A stretch of DNA of 64,000 bases, taken from the NCBI RefSeq assembly GCF_009914755.1, contig NC_060946.1; one strand, 5' to 3'. A program made the position numbers and the translations under genes. Source of the DNA: the human T2T-CHM13v2.0 reference genome, Homo sapiens. Below, in pieces: positions 15,381-30,834 of the stretch (position 1 is the first letter of the stretch; each line of letters starts with the position of its first letter). A model generated the notes under the pieces. It had not been told where the DNA came from, searched no databases, and saw only the letters and a program-made list of their open reading frames with translations.

Positions 15381-17410
15381 CAGGGTGATATTCCACTTGC
15401 CAAAGAAAGCATATACTATTTTCAGGGAAGTAGTAGGATATTTCTATAGCAAAAAGCTGAAGGGGAAGGGCTCTTTGCACAATTTTTGGTGGGAGGGGTC
15501 CTATGTTTACTCTTACAGTGCAGCAGGAGACATATGATGTGCATTTTGTTTCATTACATAAAATACAGGCTTGAGGAAATGAGAGTAGTTTTAAATTTCA
15601 GAACAGCAGAAGGTTCTTTGAAGTTGGTCACTCAGCACGTAATGTATTGCCTTTGTATGCAGCGAGGGTTCATTTATTGATATCTGATGAAATGCTCCTC
15701 CTTAGATTTTGAAGGGCTACTTTTGCTGGATTGTAATACTTTTCCCTCTGATTACGGTAGAGACAGGCTATAACAGGCCAGCACTTGTACTAGTTTCAGA
15801 TTATCTACCATGCCTATGTAGGGATGCTAGTATTTCTACCTCAGAAGCCCAAGGCTTCTTTACCTGTTGCTGTTGTCATCTAATTTTCCTATTTAAAAAA
15901 TACTATTTTCCCTAACTTACCTTGATACTCAGCAAAACCATATTTTGTGTCATGTGTCTTATCAGGAACAGCACTGCCTAGAAAAGATACAAAGCCAGAA
16001 GATTTTTTTCAGCTTAGTCATGTCTATTTTTTCTCCCCTGTAACTAAGACATTTATCAGCATGATTGATTGGATTTTTTTAGGGGGCGAGGGAATGAAGG
16101 ACTTGATTCTCAGTCCTTCAGAGATGTACTCTAACAGGTTCAGTACCTTCCTTCCTCAAGGCAATCAGATTTGGTTTAGAAATGTGCCTCTTGTCTTTTT
16201 CTGATGATCCAGATTTGAACTTTGCTCCATTTATTGGGGCAAGATGGCCATATTTTATGGCCTGTAGTTAGCGCAGACTTCAGATTTCTTCTGAAAATAT
16301 CACGGCAATAATAATGTGATACAGTGCTACTCAAATACTTAAATTTTGAGTTGTTTATATCCTTGAAGACAACATTGTGAAACATAATACTCATATCCTC
16401 AGTTTCGTATTAGATGATTACTAATCCAGAGACAAAGCTGTGCGATGAAATCAGGAAATATTCTCCAGAGTGTTTCCCAAGAAGGATGGGCACTTCATTT
16501 TGTTAACAGGATATGTTAGTGAGTGAACTCTAATAAGGAAGTTATAAAGCTGTTAAAAGGCTTAAGAATCCTTTTTTGTCAGCAAAAGAGGGCCAAAGTG
16601 TTGGTAAAAATCTTTGGAATAAGACCTAATGAGTTGGCTCCAGCAATTCACTTTATATGATGTGCTGTAGAAGTAGCTACTGAAATTGTGCTCAATATTT
16701 TGGTGTATAATTACAAACTGAGCAGGAATGGTTTTATGCAGCTTGTTAGGGAAATAATATTCTAGTCAAAATATGTAAACACCAAGGCTGTTTCTTTGAA
16801 GTGTAGCCTTCAAAGAGTTAGGTTATATCCATTTTGTGTATGCTTGGTACATAGTTTAGTTTTAATAAATGCTTGAAATAAAGGGGAAAAGCAGAGTACC
16901 ATGTAAGGAAAAGCAGTCTAATGAGCCGACAGAGAGAACAGATTTTTTTTAGGGTAAACTACAGAATAGCCAAGAAGGCTTGTCAATCACAGGTTGCTTT
17001 CAGAAATAAGACATTCCACACTGGAAACTAAGGAGCCACAAAGGCAGAGAACTTGGGAACATGTCACTGGTGTTGAGAAATAAAAGGAAGAATAAATTCT
17101 GAATGAGAGTGGATTTTGATTTAGCTTAGATAACATGGTTTTCACATTGATGAAAACAGTCTTCAGTGTCACAGGAAGAATGCAGAAACTACAAACTTAA
17201 TTGGTTCATAAGGCTAGACTGTCAATATAAAAGGTGAATTCACCCAGTAAGCTACAATTATGCCTCTCTTGGAAGGGGATCTGATATTCTCCAATTTCAG
17301 TAAACTGGATTTGCAGTTTTAAAATGTATTAACACCCAGTATGAGCTTAGTACTGACTTTTAAAGTAGGAGAAGCAGTATACCAAATAATTTATGAGCGT
17401 AGGCTTTGGG

Positions 17411-17720
17411 GTTTTTTTTTGTTTTTGTTTTTGTTTTTGAGACAGAGTCTCGCTCTGTCGCCCAGACTGGAGTGCAGTGGTGCGATCTTGGCTCACTGCA
17501 ACCTCCGCCTCCCAGGTTCAAGCGAGATTCTCTTGCCTCAGCCTCCCGAATAACTGGGATTACAGGCACCCGCCACCATGCCCAGCTATTTTTTGTATTT
17601 TTAGTAGAGATGGGGTTTCACCATGTTGGCCAGGCTGATCTCAAACTCCTGACCTCGTGATCCACCCACCTCAGCCTCCCAAAGTGCTGGTATTATAGGC
17701 ATGAGCCACCACGCCCAGCC
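17411..17720 (-). mobile_element. AluS
   Basis: (GTTTTT)n tail; TSD gagcgtag(g/c)ctttg. Confidence 0.93.
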
Positions 17721-18081
17721 GAGCGTAGCCTTTGAAAATACTTGGGTTCTAGTCTTAGCACTGCACTATGATCTTAGTTCCTTGCCTACTAACAAAGGAA
17801 AAAAAAAACTTTTTAAATGTTTAAAAAGATCTTAGGTAAGTTACTTAGCATCTATAATTTTAAGCTTTCTTAGCCTGTTATCATAGTGGTTAAGAATGCA
17901 GGCACCAACATGAGGATTCAAATCCCAGCTCTGTTGCTTCCTAGCTATGTCATCTTAGGCAAGCTACTAAACTATGGCTCAGTTTCCTCATATGGAGGGA
18001 GGCAGAGAGAGAGAGAAAAATTACCAAAATCATTGGATTGTTGACATTCATTGATCCCTGAATAAATGTTAGCTGTTATCA

Positions 18082-18410
<329 letters not shown>

Positions 18411-18413
18411 TAA

Positions 18414-18702
18414 TTTTTTTTTCTTTTATGAGACAGGATCTCGCTTTGTCACCGAGGCTGGAGTGGCATGATCATGGCTTACTGTAGCCTCAGGCTCTGG
18501 AGCTCAAGCCGTCCCACCTCAGCTCTCCTGAATAGCTGGGACCACAGGTGCATGCCACCATGCCCAGCTAATCTTGCTTATTTTTTATAGAGATGAGGTC
18601 TCACTATACCCAGGCTGACCTCAAACTCCTCGACTCAAGTGATCCTCCTGCCTCAGCCTCCCAAAATTTGGCGATTATAGGCGTGAGCCACTGCACCCAG
18701 CC
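18414..18702 (-). mobile_element. AluJ, tail-to-tail with the previous Alu
   Basis: Diverged reverse Alu. Confidence 0.88.
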
Positions 18703-18859
18703 TAAGAGTAAATAAATTTATAAAAGAAGTACTGGGTATAATTGCTATCTTTCAAGAAACTGACATTCTGGTTATAAAGATCAGGCTAACACATATGAAA
18801 ATAAAATCAATATAGGGCATTATATAAGTAAGTGTTAAAGAGTGTGATATAGACAATAA

Positions 18860-19500
18860 AGTTTTATTCATTAAATGAATATTGCCTACCGTGCACCAGG
18901 TAGGCAGCAGTGAGTACTGAGGATACAACAGTGAATCCTACACAGTTCCCATTCTCAGGAAGCTCACAATCTTGTGATAAAGCAGATATTAATATTAGTA
19001 GATGGGTAGTAGAATCATATAACACAGTGAAATAAATGCTACAGTGAGAATTAGAACTGGGAGCTGTGGGAGCTCACAGGAGAGGCATATACCCTGGTCT
19101 TAGGAAATCAGAAAAGGCTTATCAGAAGTCGTCGAATGTGAAGGTGGGAAAGAGTGTTCTTGGCACATCAAACAGTGCAGAAACCTGGAAGTATAGGCTA
19201 TCATTGTGCTAGTGGAGCTTTTAGGGTCGTGGTTAAAATGGGGCCAAAAACCAAAAACATGAAGCCAAAGAAGTATACACTTTCTGGCTAGGTTATGGAG
19301 GTCCCTGAATGTCATATTGAGTGTAGACTTTATTCTGAAGGCAATAAAGAGCCAGTAAAGATTTTCATGCAAAAGAGTAGCAAGAGTCAGACTTCTGTTT
19401 TAACAAAGATCACTGTGGCTACAGGGAAGCCATCCATGATGGAAGGCTGGAAACCAAGGAGGCTGTTGCAGAGATTTCAGTGAGATAGGATAGTGACCTG
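18860..19500 (-). mobile_element. L2 fragment(s)
   Basis: L2 3' motifs (attcattaaatgaatattg..., gtagactttattctgaaggcaat...gagccagtaaagattt, aaagatcactgtggct, ggaggctgttgcag). Confidence 0.7.
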
Positions 19501-19718
19501 GATCCAGAATTGAGTCAGGCCACCTGGGTTTGAATCCTGCTCTGCCACTTAGTAGTTATGTGACTTTATGCAAGTTATTTAACCACTCTTTGCCTCTGTT
19601 ACCTAATCTGAAAATTGGAGATAATAAAATTTACCTTATGGGCTTATTGTGAGGATAAATCACTTAGAACACACCTGCCTAGCACATATTTAAGTGCTTT
19701 AAAAATGTAGGCAGTGAA

Positions 19719-20039
<321 letters not shown>

Positions 20040-20099
20040 CTAAGAATAAGCAGGATTCCATGACTGAAGGAAGGTTAGAAGCAAATAAGAAGAATAAGG

Positions 20100-20490
20100 A
20101 ATTCGGTTTCTGGTTTAGGAGCTTAGGGGATGGTGGTGACTTTCACTGAGATAAGAAACCTGAGGAAAAGCAGGTTTGGGGGAGGCTGAGAAGGCACCAC
20201 CAGAGGTGACTGGATTGCAACCAGAAGAGTATAATGTCAGAGAAGCTAAGGAGAGTGTTTCAGGGAGGAGGCAATGGTCAGCATTGTTAAATGTTACCAA
20301 GGATGATCAAGTGAAATAAAAGCTAAAAAGAATTAATTGGTTTTAGCAACAAGAAGGCCATTGGTGACCTTGTCAGGAGGAATTTTTATGATAAGGAAGG
20401 AGGGCTAAAAATGTATGGATTATGGAAGGAATAAGAGATGAAGAAGGGAGACTGTGAGAACAGACAATTCCTCCAAGTTTAGCTGGGTAG
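20100..20490 (-). mobile_element. L2 fragment
   Basis: gagagtgtttcagggaggagg...ggtcagcattgttaaatgtt..., tttagcaacaagaaggccattggtgaccttg. Confidence 0.7.
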
Positions 20491-21216
20491 AAGGATTATG
20501 GACAGGGCTGACATTGGACCCAGTACACTGATTTGGCCTATTGCCTGTGGCATTCTGAGTGGTTGGACATTCATTCTAATTGGTCAGTAACCATACCAGG
20601 GAGGTGAGGAAGGGGAGCTGATGTGGGAACACACATTGGATTTGCTCTTGGTAGTTTTGAATTTGACGTAAGGACAAGCAAGCTATGTATATAGAAATGT
20701 CCAGCAAGCAATTTGATAGGGGACTAGTGGTGGGAAGACTGGACAGAAAATTAGAGTAAAAACTCAAGTGAGTGAGGATAGGCTAGAAGGTACCAAAACA
20801 AAGGCAGGCTGGCAGGAAGGCACAAAGAAGCTTTAGGTCTAGCCATAAAATTCATGAACATTTTGAGATTGTGTGAACTCGGGGTGGGAAATGAGTTGCA
20901 AAGTTGAAGTAAGAAACCAGACCTCAAATCCAGATTTCATAGCTTATAAAGAACATTTTTAGTAAACAGAGGAGTTCAAGGATGGAGTCCAGTAGCTCTA
21001 AGCTGTTAGGGAGAGGAAATAGGAAAGGAAAGTCCCCGGTTTGGAGCCGGAGCAGTGAACTTTGGCATGGCATGATAGGCTCTGTGGGTTAACTTTAGGA
21101 ATGCAGCACTTTAGCCCCAGTTGTTGGTTGCTGTGTCTTCAGCATGTAAAAACACTCATTTGTGTATTTCAAGTGCACCAAACCCTGATTGCAATGTTTG
21201 GCATTAATTACTTCAC

Positions 21217-21340
21217 TTTTTTTGTTTTCTTTGTTTAGAGACAGGGTCTTGCTATGTTGCCCAAGGGGACTTGAACTCCTATGCTCAAGCAGTCTTCCCA
21301 CCTCAGCTGGGACTATAGATATGCACCACTGTGCCTAGCG
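21217..21340 (-). mobile_element. Alu monomer (FRAM/FLAM-like)
   Basis: Short, diverged Alu monomer. Confidence 0.75.
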
Positions 21341-21429
21341 TATTACTTTAAATGTATCATATATGGTTGTAGTTTGTATTTGTATGTATGTAAACAATAC
21401 ATAAATTAGATGTTAATCTATTAACGATT

Positions 21430-21461
21430 CAAAAACCGCAATTACTTTTGCACCAACCTAA
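21430..21461. mobile_element. Half MADE1 / solo Hsmar1 terminal inverted repeat
   Basis: caaaaaccgcaattacttttgcaccaacctaa matches the right half of the MADE1 consensus as I recall it. Confidence 0.85.
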
Positions 21462-22939
21462 ATATATCCTGGGTGGGGTAACAACAAAGTAGATGGGAAA
21501 ATATCTTTGTTCCCTCTTTATAATCCTGGTATTTCATTCTCTTATTAGTGTTTATTCTTTCAGTCAGCAAATAGCTGTTGAGTACCTTCTGTGTCAGGGA
21601 CTGCTTTTCCTTTTATTATCTCACTTTTCTCCTGGCCATCTTTCCCATTCTGCTCTGTGGAGTCTTCTCCTTGAAACTTTCTTCACCCATTTTTTTTTCT
21701 GACAGTTGGCTCCATCTCATCTCTTCTTAAGAGGTGTCCTTTAGATAATTCATCTATTAGGAAACACAGTGAATGTTACACATTCTTCATATATATTCCT
21801 CATACAGATTGAGAGCTTCTGCTATTATTCCATTACAGTCAGCAAAATGGAGAGAGAAAGGAAAAAGAATCTCAGACAAGATCATAGAGTGATTGTGGCT
21901 GGAAGGAAGTCCAAGGACAACAGAAATCAACATTTTATTACAATGAGGCCCAATTATATGATCTGATTGCTGCCCTTCTCACCCTCTGTGAAGCCCAGTT
22001 AACAGAAATGAGCAGTGCTGTGGGAGGTGTCATAAGTGGACTCAAATTGGCCCCAGAATGGCAAACTCTGAGTTCAATAATAGATTAAGTACCAGCTTCA
22101 AACACTCAGTGTGTTCTCTGAGTTCCCAAAGATATTTCTACCTGGAGCTTTCTTCTACATTTACCTTAATGGCTCAGTTGGAAGTCAGCCATCACTGCTA
22201 AGTGTTCTTAGTTCTATGCAGCATTGGCAGGAGCTTCCCTATTATCCTGATGTTAGTAATAGAAAGTCTGCCCAGTTGTAGCCAGGCTGTTCCCCCTAAA
22301 GCAATAGTGGAGCATTTCCACTTTCTAGGATCTTGTCCTTTCCAACACTGAGTGGACTAACCTCTTGTCACTTTCACCAGTCATTAGATTTATGAGAAAA
22401 TCTCCCCATTCCTAGAGTGGATCTGCTATCAGGCAGCAATCTGCTTTTTGCTCTGAATTTCTGATCTCTTGGATACAGTAGGAGAATCTGCTCCGATGAA
22501 CATTAAATTAATATATGTAAAGCATTTAGAAGAATGCCTCACACATATTAAGAGTTTCTGCTATTATCATTAATACTATCGTTGTTATTGCCACCATCTA
22601 GGATCAGAAGCTAGAGCTTAGCTGAACATCTAATTCTTGCTCTTGTTATTCTGAGTGGTTTAGCAAATCCAATTTATCTGGAAATGGGGCTGAATATGTT
22701 TGGTTTCCGCTCAATTTTGTGGCCATTGCCACTTCAAAGAGTTTTCAAAAGGTCAAAATGTTATCATTTTAGTGTTTTTACTTCTTAGGGCTTCAACATC
22801 CCCTCTCTGGATTCTTAAGAGACTCTGATCCTGAATCAGTGAAATGGATAATCGAGCAATCTCTGCATGAAAGATGTACATTTTATCCAGTCATCCAGTG
22901 TTTAACAAACACCAGCTCAATGTGGGACAGTAATAAATG

Positions 22940-23190
22940 TCATCGCTAACATTTATTGAGCACCTAGTATGTGCCAGATACTGTTCTAAGTGCTTTATAT
23001 ATACTATCTCATTTATTCTTCATAAAAACCCTATATATAGGCACTGTTATTATCTTCCTTTTACAAATGAAGAAACAATCATAAAGAGGTTAAGTAATTT
23101 GCGTAAAGCCACAAAGATAAGTGAAAGAGCTGGGATATGTACCCAGGCAGTCATATCTCATAGCTTTTGCTAGTTACCACCTCACTGTAC
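22940..23190. mobile_element. MIR, near full length
   Basis: gctaacatttattgagcacc...tgtgccagatactgttctaagtgcttta...ttttacaaatgaagaaac...gaggttaagtaatttgc. Confidence 0.85.
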
Positions 23191-23214
23191 TGACAGGGAG
23201 AACCCTGGATTTAA

Positions 23215-23550
<336 letters not shown>

Positions 23551-23766
23551 TCATTTAACAAGTTGAATGACCTTAGGTATACCTTTCTTGAAACTCAAGT
23601 TTCTTTATCTGTAAAATGGATAGGGTAATACGTACTTCACAGGATGGTTGTGAAGACTGTTATGTGCCCTGGACTTCTTAGGCATTCAGTAAATGTTAGC
23701 TTCTCTCACTACCCGATTCTAAGCACTACACTGGTGCTCAAGATTGACTAAGAAAGTTGTACCTCC

Positions 23767-24134
<368 letters not shown>

Positions 24135-24655
24135 TCATTATGGTATAGTATAAGAAATACCACTTTAGAGGAATATACAGAGAGAAGAATACAGAAAGTT
24201 ACATTTTCTGAGATGGGGCAAGGAGGAGTTGAAGTTTCAGGGTACCAGTGACATTTGTGTTGGGCATTGAAAAACAGGCTTGGATGGGATGGACAGAAGG
24301 CACAAAAGTTTCTGAGCAGAAGAAACAGCATGTGTGCAGGCGCTAAAGTATGGCAGAGCTCAGAGTATGTGTTCTAGTAATGGCTAGAGGTTTGGTATGC
24401 AGTTGGGTATTGGAGGTGAGATGGTAACTGAGTAGTAACAAATGAGTTTGCAAAGAGAGGCATTCAAGGCTTCAGATGTCAGTTATGTCCCAGCACCACG
24501 AAGGCAGTAAAACATAGACATCTTTTAAAAGAAAATTTACCGAAAGTAAATAAATTTAGCAACAAAAACTTTATAAATGCTCTTTTCTATTGAGATACAA
24601 TTCACATATCATGAAATTCATCATTTTACAGCATACAGTTCAGTAGTTGTTAGTA

Positions 24656-25305
24656 CCTGTGCGTCACTTAACAACAAGGATAGGTTCTGAGAAATGCGTC
24701 ATGCAAACATCATAGAGTATAATTACACAAACCTAGACGGGACAGCCTACTACATATCTAGGCTATATGGTGTAACCTACTGATCTCAGGCTACAAACCT
24801 GTACAGCATCTAACTGTACTAAATACTATAGGCAACTTTAACACAATGATAAGTATTAGTGTATCTAAACATAGAAAAGGTACAGTAAAAATATGGTATT
24901 ATAATCTTATAGCGGGGATCCCCAAACCCCAGGGCTGTGGCCAGTTAGGAACCCAGTAGCACAGCAGGAGGTGAGCAGCAGGTGAGCAAACATTACCATC
25001 TGAGCTCTGCCTCTTGTCAGATCAGTGGTGACATTAGATTCTAATAGGAGTGTGAACCCTATTGTGAACTGCACATGCTAGGGATCTAGGTTGCGCACTC
25101 CTTCCAAGAATCTAACTAATGCCTGATGATCTGAGGTGGAACAGTTTCATCCTGAAACCATCCCCCCATCACCCCCAGTCCATGGAAAAATTGTCTTCCA
25201 TGAAACCAGTCCCTGGTGCCAAAAAGGTTGGGGACCACTGTGTTATAGGACCACTGTCATATATGCGGTCTGTTGACTGAAACATCATTATGTGGCTCAT
25301 GTCTG
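24656..25305 (-). mobile_element. Tigger3a (TcMar-Tigger MITE) split by MER1B
   Basis: Matches recalled Tigger3a (ttctgagaaatgcgtc, caaacctgtacagcat, aaaaggtacagtaaaaatatggtattataatcttat); TA duplication at 24654-55 and 25306-07. Confidence 0.88.
24913..25240 (+). mobile_element. MER1B (hAT-Charlie MITE)
   Basis: cggggatcccca...ggttggggaccactg termini; 8-bp TSD t(c/g)ttatag at 24905-12 and 25241-48. Confidence 0.9.
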
Positions 25306-25385
25306 TATATTCACAAGGTTGTGTAACCATCACCGCTATCTAATTCCAGAACACTTCATCACCCCAAAAAGAAACGCTGGTACCT

Positions 25386-25475
25386 GTCTACAGCCATACC
25401 ACCCTGAACATGTGCAATCTTGTCTGATCTCAGAAGCTAAGCAGGGTTGAGTCTGGTTAGTACTCAGATGGGAGA
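25386..25475 (+). pseudogene. 5S rRNA retropseudogene, 3'-truncated (~90 nt), tailless; probably RNA5SP496
   Basis: gtctacagccataccaccctgaac...gaagctaagcaggg...tggttagtactcagatgggaga aligns to 5S nt 1-90; flanked by gaaac(g)ct(g/a)gtacct direct repeats. The symbol is recalled, not verified. Confidence 0.92.
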
Positions 25476-25539
25476 AACCTAGTACCTGTTGGCAGCCACT
25501 CTTCATTTTCCTTTCTCCTCACCCTCTGGCAACCTCTGA

Positions 25540-25873
<334 letters not shown>

Positions 25874-26314
25874 CTCTTTTTTAAAATTTTTATTATTTTA
25901 TTTGTTATTGTCCCAAGTGTTCCAAGTAAATACTGATCTCTTTGTATTTCTATGGATATGCCTATTCCAGACATTTTATGTAAATGGAATCATACTATAT
26001 GCAACCTTTTGTGTCTGGCTTCTTCTACTAAGCATGATGTTTTGAAGGTTCATCTAAGTTGTAGCATGTATCAGCATTTCTTTTTATGGCTGAATAATAT
26101 TCCTGTGTATGGATGTACCATATTTTGTTTATCTAGTCATCAGTTGGTGGACATTTGAGTTGTTTCCACCTTTTGGCTATTATGAATAATGCTACTATGA
26201 ATATTCATGTACAGGTTTTTGTTTGATACCTGTTTTCATTTCTTTTGAGTATATACCTAGGAGTGGCATTGCTGGTTATTCTGTGTTTAACTTTTCGAGG
26301 AACCATCAAACTAT

Positions 26315-26640
26315 TTTCTTTTCTTTTTCTTTTTTTTTTTTTTTTGAGATGGAGTCTCGCTCTGTCACCCAGGCTGGAGTGCAGTGATGTGATCTTGGTT
26401 CACTGCAATCTCCGCCTCCTGGGTTCAAATGACTCTCCTGCCTCAGCCTCACGAGCAGCTGCGATTACAGGTGTGAGCCACCACACCCGGCTCTACTAAA
26501 AATACAAAAATTTGTATTTTTAGTAGAGACAGGTTTTGCCATGTTGGCCAGGCTGGTCTTCATCTCCCAACCTCAGGTGATCCACCCCCCTCAGCTCCCC
26601 AAAGTTCTGAGATTGCAGACGTGAGCCACTGTGCCCGGCT
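26315..26640 (-). mobile_element. AluSx-like carrying an internal palindrome
   Basis: Reverse Alu; TSD atcaaacta(t/c)tttc. Confidence 0.92.
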
Positions 26641-26682
26641 GATCAAACTACTTTCCGTATCAGTTTTTCCACATCAAAGTTT

Positions 26683-26722
26683 AGACAAGATTGGACATGT
26701 TCGTGGTGGTATGGCTGTAGTC
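26683..26722 (-). pseudogene. Inverted 40-nt 5' fragment of 5S rRNA
   Basis: Reverse complement gactacagccataccaccacgaacatgtccaatcttgtct aligns to 5S nt 1-40. Confidence 0.85.
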
Positions 26723-27004
26723 AGGTACTGGTGGCTGTACCAGTTTACATCCCACCAGCAATGTATGAGGATTCTAATTTTTCCACATCCTTGCCAACAA
26801 GGATGTTGTTGATTTTTTTCCTTTTTTATTATGGCCATATTTGTGAGTGCGAAGTAGGATCTCATTGTGGTTTTGATTTGCATTTTCCTAATGACTAATG
26901 TGCTTGTTGGCTGTTTGTTTATATTCTTTGAAGAAATGTTTATTGAAGTCCTTTCCCCCATTTTAAAAATCAGGTTGTCTTTTTGTTGTTGAGTTGTAAG
27001 AGTT

Positions 27005-27319
27005 GTTTTTCATTTTTGTTTTTTTTTTTTTTTTTTTTGACAAGGTTTCACTCTGTTGCCCAGGCTGGAGTGCAGTGGCACAATCTTGGCTCACTGCAAT
27101 CTCTATCTCCCAAGCTGAAGTGATTCTCCTGTCTCAGCCTCCCAAGTAGCTGGGACTACAGGTGCATGCTACAGTGCCCAGCTTATTTTTTGTATTTTTA
27201 GTAGAGACGGGGTTTCACCATGCTGCCCAGGCTGGTCTGGAACTCTTGAGCTCAGGTAATTCACCTGCCTCAGCCTCCCAAAGTGCTGGGATTACAGGCG
27301 TAAACCACCGCACCCAGCC
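27005..27319 (-). mobile_element. Alu (J/old S)
   Basis: Reverse Alu; TSD aagagtt. Confidence 0.9.
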
Positions 27320-27538
27320 AAGAGTTTTTTATATACTCTGGTTACTAGACCCTTATCAGATATATGACTTGGAAATATTTTCTGCCAGTCTGTGGGTTGT
27401 CTTCTCACTTTCTTGATAGTCCTTTGATGCACAAAGTTGTAAATTTTGATCAACTCAATTGTATCTGTTTTTTCCTTTAGTGTTTTATGCTTCTGATATC
27501 CTATTTTGCATGTGGATATCCAGCACTATTTGTTATAG

Positions 27539-27875
<337 letters not shown>

Positions 27876-28929
27876 AGATAGTCTTAATACTCTTGTGGAA
27901 AGTCAGTTGACCACAGATGTTTAAGTTTATTTCTGGACTCTCAATTCTGTTCCATACATATATATGTCTATTCTCTACCAGTATGATATATTGTTTTGAT
28001 TATTTAGCTTTTTGAATGCTCTACTTTTATTACTCCAAATGTGCTTCTGACTTTTAGTACATTTTAGTATATCATGATCATTATTTCATATTTTCCTTTT
28101 TTTGATGCAAGTACTTCTGTGTGGATCATTTGCATAATTAGCACACTTGCCATTTAAGGTAATTAAGAAGTGTTTGTTTTATTGCCTTACTGTGCTGTGG
28201 TTAGATTTTCCAGGCTCTTATTTTCTGAGTTGTTTTTTACTGTTTTAGAAAGACTTGTTTGCACTATTTCTTCTGGACCCAGACTCATTCACTACTGAGG
28301 CCCACTCCCTTGATGTCAAAGAATACTGGCTGCTGTTTTTAGTTCATCCTCACAGAAACTCAGGCTATACCTATCTGCTTCAGCTCAGTGCTGATACTTC
28401 CTGCCAGTTGTGGACTGAACTTCTGATGCAGAAAGCCTGCTAAGAAAACCTCTTCCTTGAACCAGAGCTTTCCAGAAGTCAAGAGTGGCACTGGCCTTAT
28501 GATCTATGATATGCTTTGTTGTAAATTACAATCCCTGAGATGTCATACTGATGAGGAGACACATGGGAAAGAACCTGTCTTTTAAACCTCTTTCATGGTG
28601 CCAGAACAAGCATTTATAAGCACTGTTTCCATATGTACTGTACCCTCGTCTTTAGAAAGGAAGAGCCATCAGAAATTATGGGTCTTGTTCAGGGTCATCC
28701 AGTGATGTCAGAGTGCTGCCAGGAACAGAATTCATCCCCCACTCCCATGGATTCCTTTGTTGTTATCATTACCAAATGCTCCTTTCCTATTGGTCAACAG
28801 AAAATATATCTCAGTATTTTTTCCAAGGGAGGTTTTGAATTTCTTATTCCCTTTTGGGAAATCAAGATGATTTTCCTCTTCCCCAGTTGGATTCTGTACC
28901 CATTTCATTAAAGTCCGTGCTAGATTTAA

Positions 28930-29256
<327 letters not shown>

Positions 29257-29317
29257 TAGTCTTTGTGCCTACTGAAAATTGTTATGAACTAAATGAGTTT
29301 AAATTTGCACAAGGTAG

Positions 29318-29681
<364 letters not shown>

Positions 29682-29853
29682 ATTAACCCACATTTAAGAT
29701 CCCAATTTCCAACTCTCCATTCCCCATTCCCCCAGCCCCTGGAAACCATCATTCTACTCTCTGACTCTATAGTATGAATTTGACTACTCGAGGTATGGCA
29801 TATAAGTGGGATCATACAGTATTTGTTTTTTGTGACTGGCTAATTTTACTTAG

Positions 29854-30515
<662 letters not shown>

Positions 30516-30523
30516 TTTCCGTC

Positions 30524-30834
30524 CTTTTTTTTTTTTTTTTTTTTTTTGAGAGGGAGTCTCACTCTGTCGCCCAGGATGGAGTGCAGTGGTGCGATCTCGG
30601 CTTACTGCAAGCTCCGCCTCCCGGGGAGGTTCAAGCGATTCTCATGCCTCAGCCTCCCGAGTAGCAGGGACTACAGGTGCCCGCCACCACGCCTGGCTAA
30701 TTTTTTTTGTATTTTTAGTAGAGACGGGGTTTCACCGTGTTAGCCAGGATGATCTCCATCTCCTGACCTTGTGATCCACCCACCTCGGCCTCTCAAAGTG
30801 CTGGGATTACAGGCATGAGCCACTGTGCCTGGCC
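30524..30834 (-). mobile_element. AluS/Y
   Basis: Reverse Alu; TSD ctttcc(g/t)tcctttt. Confidence 0.92.

Noticed and set aside
15400-17340. ~2 kb apparently repeat-poor AT-rich block with AATAAA at 16864
   Set aside because: No ORF, RNA gene or motif cluster I can defend; may be a diverged repeat or lncRNA exon
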